Below, piece by piece: positions 45,090 to 54,289 of a stretch of 63,045 nt of DNA. The DNA is from Methylacidiphilum caldifontis. Its GTDB lineage: Bacteria; Verrucomicrobiota; Verrucomicrobiia; Methylacidiphilales; CAMAQI01. The notes beneath the pieces are model-generated. The model was not told the DNA's origin. It ran no database searches and worked only from the letters and a program-made list of their open reading frames with translations. The stretch is from positions 1-63,045 of the forward strand of contig CAMCSM010000005.1 of NCBI GenBank assembly GCA_945877805.1. The letters are read 5' to 3'. Each line of letters opens with the position of its first letter. The first letter of the stretch is position 1. The position numbers were made by a program, and so were the translations under genes.

Positions 45090-45931
45090 TGGCTGCTCAG
45101 ACCAACATCGCGGCATCCGTTCGGGATCGACTGAAGAACCAGACACGAAGTCAGGGCGGGGACTTGCAGGCTCTGCTCCATGAATTCGTGCTGGGTCGCT
45201 TCTTCGCCCGCCTCTCGCAGAGCGCCTACCACGACCGCCTGATCCTCAAGGGTGCCCAACTGTTTCGGCTCTGGAGCGATCAGCCCCACCGTCCCACCCG
45301 CGACGCCGACTTCCTCGGCTATGGAGATCCAGACCCAGAAAAGTTGGCGCAGATTTTTGACCAAATCACCGCCATCCAGCCCGGAGAAGACGATGGCTTG
45401 AAGTTCGAACCTGCCGCCGCGGAACCCATTCGCGAAGACAACACCTACGGCGGCATCCGCCTCAAGATCATTGTGCTCTTGGGGACGATGCGGATTCCTC
45501 TGCAATTCGATGTCGGCTACGGCGATGTCATCACTCCCGCGACGGAACAAAGAACGTGGCGCGGGATGCTCGGCTACCCTGACACCCCGCTCATGACTTA
45601 CCCCGTAGAAACCGTCATCGCAGAGAAACTGGAGGCGATGGTTTCCCTCGACATCACCAACAGTCGGATGAAAGACTTCTACGACCTGCACTGGCTGGCC
45701 ACCCATTTTGAACTCGATCCCAAATCGGTTCGCAAGGCCATCGAAGTCACCTTCACACGGCGTCGAACAACGCTTCCATCCGCGCTCCCTGTTGCCTACA
45801 CAGCAGCGTTCTACGAAGATTCCCAGAAAGCGACGCAGTGGAATGCCTTTCTCCGCAAAAACAGGCTGCAAGCACCTGAGCTTCCCGAACTCATCAAAAT
45901 CATTCAAACGCACTTTCCTTTCCCGTTCTAA
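45089..45931 (+). CDS. abiEii: AbiEii nucleotidyltransferase toxin
   Basis: 'SVRDRLKNQ', 'LILKGAQLF', 'RPTRDADFLG'. ATG 45089 overlaps the abiEi stop. The ORF-track start at 44924 is an artefactual extension. Confidence 0.85.
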   Translation: MAAQTNIAASVRDRLKNQTRSQGGDLQALLHEFVLGRFFARLSQSAYHDRLILKGAQLFRLWSDQPHRPTRDADFLGYGDPDPEKLAQIFDQITAIQPGEDDGLKFEPAAAEPIREDNTYGGIRLKIIVLLGTMRIPLQFDVGYGDVITPATEQRTWRGMLGYPDTPLMTYPVETVIAEKLEAMVSLDITNSRMKDFYDLHWLATHFELDPKSVRKAIEVTFTRRRTTLPSALPVAYTAAFYEDSQKATQWNAFLRKNRLQAPELPELIKIIQTHFPFPF

Positions 45932-45965
45932 TTCATGTCTGAATACACCGAAGCCGATTACTGCT

Positions 45966-46077
45966 GATGGTGCAGTTTTGGATTCGATAAGTGTTTTCAG
46001 GAGTATATTCCATCACCCCATGATAGCCAGCTCATGGGACATTGGCAGGGAGAGGGTGGGGATAATGATTTTAAAGG
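45966..46077. repeat. Copy 2 of the ~110-bp direct repeat; carries a truncated duplicate (MEYTPENTYRIQNCTISSNRLRCIQT*) of the 86-aa gene start
   Basis: Near-identical to 43910-44018, diverging exactly at 45966 and 43910. Confidence 0.9.
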
Positions 46078-46161
46078 TTTCCTGTTGACGACTTCGTGGG
46101 GGAACTCCCATTGGAGGGAGATGAACGAAAAATACGAAGTGCTTAAAAAGGTTTCTCACCG

Positions 46162-47331
46162 ATGAAACAAGCCTTGTCACAACCGGAATACATCGCCTTT
46201 CTTGGCAATATTAAAGACCGGATTCTTCGTGCCCGTAACTCGGCTGGTCATGCCGTCAATCGGGAGATGCTTTTACTCTATTGGGATATCGGAAGCGGAA
46301 TCATTGAGAAGCAAAAGGCTCTCGGATGGGGCGAATCCGTGATCGATCACCTTTCGTCCGACCTCCAAACCGAATTTCCTCTCAGCTCCGGATTTTCCTC
46401 TCGAAACCTGCGCGACATGAAACGTCTTTATCTCGCCTATTCAGACGAAACCATTTGGCGACAACCTGTCGCCAAATTGATCAAGACCTCAAACAAATCC
46501 CCTATTTGGCAACAGGCTGTCGCCAAATTCAAAGCCAACCCAACCGGGTTGATTAAGGAATTGGTGACGGCAGTTCCTTGGGGGCAAAATCTTTTGATTC
46601 TTAATAAACTCCGTGATCCTCAATCAATCCTCTATTATTTAATGGCGACCATGCAATTGGGGTGGAGCCGGAATGTGTTGCTAAACCAAATTAAAGCCGG
46701 TGCCTATGAGCGTGCGGTCAAAGAGTCGAAGCGTCACAATTTCTCTTTGGTTTTACCAGAATCCCTAGCGGAACAGGCGGATGAAATGCTAAAAAGCCGC
46801 TACAATCTTGATTTTCTCGGCATTCATCAGGCCGTCAAGGAGCGGGAACTGGAAAATCGGCTCGTCTCCCATCTGCAACAATTTATCTTGGAACTTGGAT
46901 ACGGTTTTTGCTTTATCGGACGACAGCACCGTCTTGCTCTCGGTTCCAAAGAATACTTTGTCGATCTCCTTTTCTATCATCGTTTTCTTAAAGCACTCGT
47001 TGCCTTTGATCTTAAAATCGGTTCCTTTGAGCCAGAACATACTGGTAAAATGGATTTTTATCTCAATCTCCTTAATGAAAAGGAAAAAGCCACCGAAGAT
47101 CGTCCCTCGATAGGGGTTATCCTTTGTGCCGAAAAGCATGATGTCGAAGTTGAGTTCGCTTTGAAAACCAAAGCCAATCCGATTGGAGTTGCTGAATACC
47201 AACTCCAACCCCGACTTCCTGCGGAATTCAAAGGGAAACTCCCCTCGGCCCAACAGTTGGCGGACGTTATAAAGAATGCAAAGGGAGAAAATACAGGGAT
47301 CTCTATAAGGAAAAGGATCGAGAAACGATAA
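46162..47331 (+). CDS. DUF1016 (YhcG-like) PD-(D/E)xK nuclease family protein
   Basis: 'REMLLLYWDIGSGI', 'FSSRNLRDMKRLY', 'LGYGFCFIGRQHRL..YFVDLLFYH..LVAFDLKIG'. Confidence 0.8.
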   Translation: MKQALSQPEYIAFLGNIKDRILRARNSAGHAVNREMLLLYWDIGSGIIEKQKALGWGESVIDHLSSDLQTEFPLSSGFSSRNLRDMKRLYLAYSDETIWRQPVAKLIKTSNKSPIWQQAVAKFKANPTGLIKELVTAVPWGQNLLILNKLRDPQSILYYLMATMQLGWSRNVLLNQIKAGAYERAVKESKRHNFSLVLPESLAEQADEMLKSRYNLDFLGIHQAVKERELENRLVSHLQQFILELGYGFCFIGRQHRLALGSKEYFVDLLFYHRFLKALVAFDLKIGSFEPEHTGKMDFYLNLLNEKEKATEDRPSIGVILCAEKHDVEVEFALKTKANPIGVAEYQLQPRLPAEFKGKLPSAQQLADVIKNAKGENTGISIRKRIEKR

Positions 47332-47337
47332 AGTAAA

Positions 47338-47770
47338 GCCGCTGGAAGCGGAAATAGTTTTGGTACAGAGGGAGATGGGGGTACAACTCTGCAGAAAAGC
47401 ATTCTCCTTCGTCAGAGCACTTTCTCCTACGTTAAAACTACGGCGAACAAGTCGGCGGAACAGGTGAAGAAATCCTCTATTTTTTGTTTAAAAACGTATC
47501 TTGCAATATAACTCATTTTAAACTCTTTGCTGTTTTTTCTGTTATTTTTGAATTTAAAAGATCCGTGTAAATCCGTGTTATTTGCTCCCCCACCTCCCAG
47601 CGAGCCAAAATTACTTCCGCTTCCAGCGAAGATCTCATTTTCGGTTCCCGAACCTTTTGTGGTTAAAACAGTCTTTTCCCCATTCGTGTTGATTCGTGTT
47701 CATTGGTGGTTCAAAATGGTTTTGAATGGTTTTGATTAGAGTAAATGAGCGAAAATAAGTGGTTAAATAG
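47338..47770. repeat. Composite block of dispersed short repeats
   Basis: An imperfect ~42-bp inverted repeat (47340-47381 vs 47587-47628). atccgtg x2 (47561, 47571). attcgtgtt x2 (47682, 47692). agcgaaaataagtggttaaa (47748-67). Units recur at 51100-51560. Confidence 0.75.
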
Positions 47771-47848
47771 AATTTTATAAACTTGGCGTTATAAAACTCG
47801 TTTTTTAATGCATTGCATTTGAAACGATCTTTAATGCCGAATCTGGAT

Positions 47849-48427
47849 TTATTCCGGTTCCTCGAGCCGCTCTTGCATGAGGGAAAAATCCTCTTCCAAG
47901 GATTGAATCTGGTGGTTTTGAATTCTCCACGCCATAAGCTGTGCCCAGAATAGGTCCCCTTTTCTCCAATCGGTTTTTTTATCAAGGATCCAATGGATAA
48001 TCGGAGACTTTTTTTCGTAGGCGGAAATCCCGATTTTCCAAGCTTCCTCAAAAAGGAGTCGCTGAGAATCCTCGTCATTTTTCAAAAAGGGAAAATCGAG
48101 GGCCTTCCATCCTCGCTGGCAGGTCAGCTCCAAGGCGAAGAGCGGGACAATCACCTCCAGAGGAAGCTCTTTCCAGATCTCTTCCAATATTTGTATCGAG
48201 GATTCGGTTCCAGGAATCATCTCTTGAGGCGGGCGTGGATCATGCTCGGTGACGGAGCAGCAGGCCCCGTTGAGTATTCCAAACCAAAGGAGCCGTTCGG
48301 GGGAGGAGTGATCGGGATTAAATTGAATCCAATCCTCAAGGCTCTGATTCGCAACCTGGATCAGGAAGTCGTCGTTGGATGTGAGCAATCGATTCATCCG
48401 TCGATTCTCATGGATCCCCTCAGACAT
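47849..48427 (-). CDS. Hypothetical protein (192 aa from ATG 48427)
   Basis: Long ORF. ATG 48427 lies at the same position of the shared leader (ccctcaccctgccaATGtc) as in the two other leader copies. No domain recognised. Confidence 0.5.
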   Translation of the reverse strand: MSEGIHENRRMNRLLTSNDDFLIQVANQSLEDWIQFNPDHSSPERLLWFGILNGACCSVTEHDPRPPQEMIPGTESSIQILEEIWKELPLEVIVPLFALELTCQRGWKALDFPFLKNDEDSQRLLFEEAWKIGISAYEKKSPIIHWILDKKTDWRKGDLFWAQLMAWRIQNHQIQSLEEDFSLMQERLEEPE

Positions 48428-48461
48428 TGGCAGGGTGAGGGAAGAGAATGATTTTAAAAGG
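48423..48461. repeat. Partial third copy of the leader repeat
   Basis: gacattggcagggtgagggaagagaatgattttaaaagg compared with 43983-44018 and 46039-46077. Confidence 0.75.
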
Positions 48462-48466
48462 ACCAT

Positions 48467-49867
48467 ATGGTAAGACTACAATTGTCTGAGGGTCTACTTT
48501 ATTTTTTGAACGATATGGAGAGTTATTTTTATGCCGAAGATGAAGGTGAGTATCTCTATATAGAAACCCTCGAATTTGAATGTTACTACAAGATTTGGCC
48601 TGAGACGGATGCTGTTATACGCCGAAAGGGGGAGCAGGGCTGGAAGCGTTTTGTGCCACGTTGGCAGATGCCGCACACAACTCTTTTTCAATTTCGTACT
48701 GAAGGATGGCTAACGGTCCCGGTCGGGACGCAAGAATCAGATTTTTACGAAAGGATCAATGAATTGGGATTCGCGAAAGATGAGACAATCCTCAACAAAC
48801 AGTATTTGTGGTCAATCCGAGAGGCATTTGAGATCGTTTATCGTTATTCTAACCGAATTTGGAATCAGATTCCAAAGCAATATCGTACAGTCATGCGACG
48901 ACACCCCGATCATCGATGGGCGCTTCTTTGGGGAAACTCGCAATCGAGTTATTTTGAGGGATTAATAAATTCAAACCAATGGCTGGCGATTGCTTTGGCT
49001 GAGCAAATATTAAAGATGGAAAGCGCAATGGCTTTTCAGCAAAATAAAGAGAATCTACTTCATTGTATGGTGCAAAAATCACAAGCTGAGATTGCGGAGT
49101 TTCTTGGATTTTCTCAGCCCAAGCTGGCTGTAAAGCTTTTGAAAAAACTGTCTCTCGGCGCTGAAATTAATGCCGTAGGATGGATCATGGATTTGATGCA
49201 GCAAGGGGCACCCGTTGAGGAGTATGTCCATCTAATAGAAATTGCGCCTGAATGTCTGGACTTCATGATGCAGATTCACCCTTATCCGCTCGTTAGCCCG
49301 AAGTTTTATCGACTCATTGACCCTGTCGGAGTGCGAAAGTTTGAATATGATGGAAACTTTAAATCGAAAGTTATTTGTTCAAAAAAGGAAAATTGGCCAA
49401 GATGGGAGTACACGATTTCGCGATTAACGGAGATTTCTCAAGTGGCAAAGGAGGTTGGAGCTGTTTCCCTAAGTCCAGCGCAAAACTGGGGTGGATTGAG
49501 GCAAATAGATCATGAACTTCGCCTTCGATTATCGCAAAAGAACGTCGAAAACATTGTATTTCCAGAACCGCCTTTTGTTGGGAATGAAAAAATTTCGCCG
49601 ATTTGCACCGCGCTAGCTCTGGTCGAAGAAGGGAGACGAATGCACCATTGTATTGGAGGTTATTACAATGACGTAGTTCAGCGCAAGGGATATGCCTATC
49701 ACATGAACCTGCCGGAAGAGTCAACTTGGTGGATAACGGAGAGATCTTGGGATAAACAATGGGAAATCAGAGAATGTGCAGGTCGTCGAAACGCATCAGT
49801 TAGCAGCGAGTCGCGGAGCGTATTTCAAAAATGGCTGGATCAATCCAACGAGAAAATTAACCTTTAA
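48467..49867 (+). CDS. PcfJ-like domain protein
   Basis: The C-terminal 'LVEEGRRMHHCIGGYYNDVVQRKGYAYHM' matches my memory of the PcfJ-like core. The real start may be ATG 48515. Confidence 0.5.
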   Translation: MVRLQLSEGLLYFLNDMESYFYAEDEGEYLYIETLEFECYYKIWPETDAVIRRKGEQGWKRFVPRWQMPHTTLFQFRTEGWLTVPVGTQESDFYERINELGFAKDETILNKQYLWSIREAFEIVYRYSNRIWNQIPKQYRTVMRRHPDHRWALLWGNSQSSYFEGLINSNQWLAIALAEQILKMESAMAFQQNKENLLHCMVQKSQAEIAEFLGFSQPKLAVKLLKKLSLGAEINAVGWIMDLMQQGAPVEEYVHLIEIAPECLDFMMQIHPYPLVSPKFYRLIDPVGVRKFEYDGNFKSKVICSKKENWPRWEYTISRLTEISQVAKEVGAVSLSPAQNWGGLRQIDHELRLRLSQKNVENIVFPEPPFVGNEKISPICTALALVEEGRRMHHCIGGYYNDVVQRKGYAYHMNLPEESTWWITERSWDKQWEIRECAGRRNASVSSESRSVFQKWLDQSNEKINL

Positions 49868-49908
49868 AATCTGTATTTCTTCGAATGGAATAAAATGAAT
49901 TTAGCGGC

Positions 49909-50952
49909 TTAGATTGAATAACTTTTTTTCATTTTTTGTATCGACCCTTTGACTTTTTGAATTAATTCCGGTGGCTGGATCACTTGGGCGTGCTCCCCCC
50001 AGCTCAGGATCCAGGGCTCGATCTCAAAGAGACTGTTGAGGGTCATTCGGATCTCGATCCGATCGTGGGTCAGTTCCCGAATCACCTGGGTCGGATGCCA
50101 ATGGCGTTCCTTGACCAGGGCGGAGGCAAAGGAATCAAAGCGGATAATGACCTCATGGTTTTCTTTGCCTTCAAAAACTCCAAAACTTTGAGCAAGATGT
50201 TTTTGAATGGAAAAACCTTTCGGCTTTTCAAACTTCTCCCCAGTAACCTCTAGCTTTCTCATTCGAGGAAGGACAAAGCGGCGAATCTCTTGCCGATTCA
50301 GGTCGAAGGCAAAGAGATACCATTGGCCGGAAATACAGGCGAGATGGTAAGGATGAACCCTCCGCTTTTCATAACCGGTGGCATTTAGTTTTTTGTATTC
50401 AAATTGGATGACTTTTCGATGCAGGAGGGCCGGGCTTAAATTTTTAAAAAGCTCTAAATTGGTAATCGTTGCCCCGGAGGAACGGAAAGAGATCGCAGAG
50501 GAAAGATCGGCCCAAGAGACGGAGATCTGATCCTGAAGCCCACCGCTGAGCTTCTCGAAGGCGAGCTGGAGGGGATGCTCAAAGGGGGTGCCGCGGTATT
50601 GCTCTAATGATTTTTGAGCGACCAACAGGGCGAGGAGCTCCCCCTCTGTAATCTGAACCGTTGGGAAATGATTCACTGGCTCGGTGTAGTAATAGCCGTA
50701 ACGCGCGGAGTCATATTCCAAGGGGAGCTCGAGCCGATCTTTCATGAACTCGATATCTCTGAGGATCGTCTTCGTGGAGACTTCCAGCTCGGAGGCGATC
50801 GAGGTACAATTTGGGTAACGGATTTCCGATGCGGGAGAGATTTTGACCGTTCGTATAATCTCATGGATCCGATACATCCGTTCGATTGGAGGGCGGGAGT
50901 GAAGTGTTTTCGAGGGGGAGCGACTCATAGGACATAAGATGTCCTTATTCAC
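49909..50952 (-). CDS. HTH-WYL-WCX transcriptional regulator (BrxR/CapW-like family)
   Basis: 'IERMYRIHEIIR', 'IASELEVSTKTILRDIEFMKDRLELPLEY', and a WYL core 'ACISGQWYLFAFD'. Confidence 0.8.
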   Translation of the reverse strand: MNKDILCPMSRSPSKTLHSRPPIERMYRIHEIIRTVKISPASEIRYPNCTSIASELEVSTKTILRDIEFMKDRLELPLEYDSARYGYYYTEPVNHFPTVQITEGELLALLVAQKSLEQYRGTPFEHPLQLAFEKLSGGLQDQISVSWADLSSAISFRSSGATITNLELFKNLSPALLHRKVIQFEYKKLNATGYEKRRVHPYHLACISGQWYLFAFDLNRQEIRRFVLPRMRKLEVTGEKFEKPKGFSIQKHLAQSFGVFEGKENHEVIIRFDSFASALVKERHWHPTQVIRELTHDRIEIRMTLNSLFEIEPWILSWGEHAQVIQPPELIQKVKGSIQKMKKSYSI

Positions 50953-51099
50953 GGTTTTTGCAATAAAACTATAAATCGGTCAAAGAGCGAAACCAAAGAG
51001 TTATCCTGAATTAAAAAATTCAATTTAATAAGGAACCGACTCCAAAGAGGTTTGGAGGAGACGATCTGATCCCGCAGCAGCGCATAGGCATCAACTTAA

Positions 51100-51560
51100 G
51101 GAAAAATATCCGATTAACCACGGATGGACGCGGATTAACGCTGATTGCTGAGAATTAAATACGTTCATCACCACGGATAACACGGATTTCACGGATTGAG
51201 AAAAGGCATTCAAAACAGGGGAGATTCGTTCGGCTGCCGGAACGAATCCAAAACCAAGGGATCAATCATCTCTCCCTGAAAGCTTTCGGGGGAGAGTGAT
51301 TGATACCTTGGTTTGAATTCCGATTCTGATCGAAATTTGCCCTGTTTTGAGACTCCCTATTAGCGAGGATCAGCGAAGATAAGTGGTTTAAAAACGACTT
51401 TAACCCTTGGCGAATTCCTGCCCCGTACTCTTTGTCGGGGTTGTATTTATGTTGCTCCCCTTCCACCCTCCGAGCTAACATTACAAGCAGCTCCGCTGTT
51501 AGTGGTTAATCGTTTTCACGATCCTTTTGGCGGTTAAAATTTGTTTTGGTTATTATCCTT
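51100..51560. repeat. Second composite block of the same dispersed repeat family
   Basis: cacggat (reverse complement of atccgtg) at 51119, 51172, 51181 and 51190. agcgaagataagtggtttaaa (51372-93). ttgctccccttccaccctccgagctaacattacaagcagctccgctg (51453-97) parallels 47583-47628. Confidence 0.75.
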
Positions 51561-51653
51561 AGGTTGACGTCAATGCGCCCAGTGGTCGCCGCTCCATTTT
51601 TGCGATGCGTTTTTTACCGCTTACACATGAAGCGGGAGTAAATTGCGATTAAT

Positions 51654-52151
51654 TTAACTCTTTTTTGAAGAAAACATTTTTGACAAACGAGGATCGATTT
51701 CGAGGTCGCGGGGAGGTGAAATCGTACAATGTTTGAATTGGGGGTGGAAGGGATCGATGAGAGCATTGAGTTCTTCAGGAACGATCACAGAGGGGAAAAT
51801 ATAGGCGACCGCTATTTTTTGTTTGATTAAGTTTGTACCGAATACTTCAGTGCACGGATCGTGGGGGATGGTATTCCAATTTCGGGGGAGATTTTTGGGA
51901 GTGTGGATTAAATCTTCGGGGACAGAAAGGGTCCCGTAGGAGAAAAGGGACTTAGAGGCCTTGGAGTCTGCGATATGAACCAAAGTCTCACAAAATGCGC
52001 AGGCAAGACTTTGAGAAGTATAAACACAAGGAGTTCCTTTTTGATGCCATCGACCAGAAACAAAGAGTCCTCCTTCTCCTGAAAACAAAGGAAGGTGCTG
52101 TTTTTTTGAAATTCGATAAAACAGCCTGTTTTTCAAGCGTACACGCCCCAC
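51654..52151 (-). CDS. RES-domain toxin
   Basis: 'LFYRI', 'SGRWHQKGTPCVYTSQS', 'AFCETLVH' give the R...E...S pattern. Start uncertain: GTG 52151 or TTG 52136. Confidence 0.8.
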   Translation of the reverse strand: MGRVRLKNRLFYRISKKQHLPLFSGEGGLFVSGRWHQKGTPCVYTSQSLACAFCETLVHIADSKASKSLFSYGTLSVPEDLIHTPKNLPRNWNTIPHDPCTEVFGTNLIKQKIAVAYIFPSVIVPEELNALIDPFHPQFKHCTISPPRDLEIDPRLSKMFSSKKS

Positions 52152-52591
52152 TCAATCCGCTTCAACGTATCTAAAACGATTTCCTCACCCCCTTGGGTCA
52201 CTAAGAGAGTCATCGGGATGACCTCTCCAAGCGATGGATTGGAAGATTTAAGCCATTGGCACGCGACCTCTTCGGTCCCCAATACTTTGACAGCCTCAGC
52301 GAAGATTCGCATCGCGCGAATGGTCTTGATGGAATATTCGTAGGAAAGATTTTTTCCTCTTTGCCGCTGAATATTGCGATCATGAATGCCAAAGGTCTGA
52401 TTGAATGTTTTCTGATCCGTGCCGAGCTTTTTCACAATCCCGAGAAAAAATTCATGGGGAACACCTTGCTGCTCCAATTGATCTCGAAATCGCGACTCGG
52501 TAATTTTGGAGGAAAAAACAGTGCTCTTAGAAAAAGGAGGAGTGATCTCCTTTTTCTTCACACGATTTTTTGCTGCAGGGCGGGTTAGCAT
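52133..52591 (-). CDS. Xre/MbcA/ParS-type antitoxin (DUF2384-like C-terminus)
   Basis: 'ACQWLKSSNPSLGEVIPMTLLVTQGGEEIVLDTLKRIEWGVYA', and overlap with the RES gene. Confidence 0.8.
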   Translation of the reverse strand: MLTRPAAKNRVKKKEITPPFSKSTVFSSKITESRFRDQLEQQGVPHEFFLGIVKKLGTDQKTFNQTFGIHDRNIQRQRGKNLSYEYSIKTIRAMRIFAEAVKVLGTEEVACQWLKSSNPSLGEVIPMTLLVTQGGEEIVLDTLKRIEWGVYA

Positions 52592-52785
52592 TCATAAAAA
52601 TTAAGCGACATTTTAACATTAGTCAAACGACAATATGTCTTATATCTAAAAGATCTTAAATAAGATCAATATCGCCCAAACAAAACCCCGCTTTTAATTG
52701 GCTGCTCCCTCCCCCAACAAATGTCTGACCCCCTCTGTTAGATTAAGAGCAGAGAAGGTGAAGTAAACAAAACCCAAGGAGCCTT

Positions 52786-54180
52786 ATGAAAATTGAATGC
52801 ACACTCGACTACGACAAAATCATGGCCAATCAAGCCGCCCCCATCTTTTTGGCGGTAAAACTAAAAGCGGATACTTTTGCGGCCTCCGCTCGGCCTAAGC
52901 CGATCGCCTTTTGTGTAGTTCTCGACCGCAGTGGCTCCATGCAGGGATCTCCTATCGCTATGGCCCGAGAGGCGACCAAGCAGGTGATTCGGAATCTTCG
53001 AAGCGAGGATTATCTCAGCGTCATCGCGTTCGATGATATTGCTGAGGCTGTGATTCCTTTGCAGCAGATCTCCTCAAAGCAGTCGGCCATCGAGAAAATC
53101 CAAAAGATTGATACGCGGGGAAGCACGAATCTCACCGCGGGATGGATGCTCGGACGGGATGAGCTTAAGAAATCCCCGGAGGGAGTATCGCGCAAAATCC
53201 TTCTCCTTTCAGATGGGCAGCTCAACAGGGGAGTGATTGAGCCCGAGCAGGTCAAACGGGTCGTTGCGTCGGGGATTGAAATTGATCGGATTAAGACCTC
53301 TTCTCTGGGATTTGGAGAGGGCTACAACGAGGATCTCCTTGCCGATCTCGCCCAATGCAGCAATGGAGCCTTTTATGATGCAAATTCCGCTGACTCTCTT
53401 CCGGCGATCTTTACCGAGGAGCTCGAAGGACTTCAAAAGATCGTCTGTCAGAATGTGCGGATTCGCATCCGAAAAGAAACTTTTTGCGAAAGCTTCGAAC
53501 AGCTTGGCAATTACCCTGTTGCGATACAGGGCGATGGAAGTATTGAAATGATGATCGGGGATCTGGTCAGTGAAGAGGAAAGGACCTTGGTCTTTGGGCT
53601 GGAGGTGCTTCCGCTTCCGCTCTTGCCTGGAGGTCACTCCGTGACGACCCTTCAAGGAGAGGCCCTTATTCATCTTGAAATTATTTACGATCAAATTGGG
53701 GAAAAGGAGATCGCCTCGAAACAGTTCGCGCAAATGATCCGTGTTCTGCCGATTCAGAATCCAGAGGAAATTAAAATTAATGAATCTGTTATCCCGCTCA
53801 TCAGCGCGCAGCGGGCGGGAAAGACCGTGGAGGAGGTGATTTCCGATCTCGACCACGGTCGGGTGGAGGAGGCGAAAGCGAAGATTCAACGGCTTCGCGA
53901 GTCGCTGAGCCGCTATGGGAGCGAAGAATGGACAAAAGACGCCAGGGCACTTCTGGATCGAGTCATGGAGCGGGTCGATCAAGGAAACTTTAACTCTGCG
54001 GCGCGTAAAATGAGCAAGTACTCCTCCCGAAGCTACCGGAACATGAGCAGCAGCACCGTTTGGACCGCAGAGGTTGAGGCCCCGACCTTCAGCAAGAAGA
54101 CCATTATAAAAACACCTGAGCTCTCGAAAGAGAAGCCGGATTCAAATCAAAACGGAGAAAGTCAGGATCCCCATATTTGA
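52786..54180 (+). CDS. von Willebrand factor type A (VWA) domain protein
   Basis: MIDAS motif 'VVLDRSGSMQG', 'VIAFDD', 'GSTNL', 'ILLLSDGQ'. A good SD (aaggag) is present. Confidence 0.85.
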   Translation: MKIECTLDYDKIMANQAAPIFLAVKLKADTFAASARPKPIAFCVVLDRSGSMQGSPIAMAREATKQVIRNLRSEDYLSVIAFDDIAEAVIPLQQISSKQSAIEKIQKIDTRGSTNLTAGWMLGRDELKKSPEGVSRKILLLSDGQLNRGVIEPEQVKRVVASGIEIDRIKTSSLGFGEGYNEDLLADLAQCSNGAFYDANSADSLPAIFTEELEGLQKIVCQNVRIRIRKETFCESFEQLGNYPVAIQGDGSIEMMIGDLVSEEERTLVFGLEVLPLPLLPGGHSVTTLQGEALIHLEIIYDQIGEKEIASKQFAQMIRVLPIQNPEEIKINESVIPLISAQRAGKTVEEVISDLDHGRVEEAKAKIQRLRESLSRYGSEEWTKDARALLDRVMERVDQGNFNSAARKMSKYSSRSYRNMSSSTVWTAEVEAPTFSKKTIIKTPELSKEKPDSNQNGESQDPHI

Positions 54181-54289
54181 GATTATGTATTATTTTTGGC
54201 GACATTTACTATCGAATGAAGGAAAAGTGCTTCGGATGCTGGCGCCGAGGAGCTTCCCGAGTTATCTGAAACGATTTAAAGGGAGGGCC

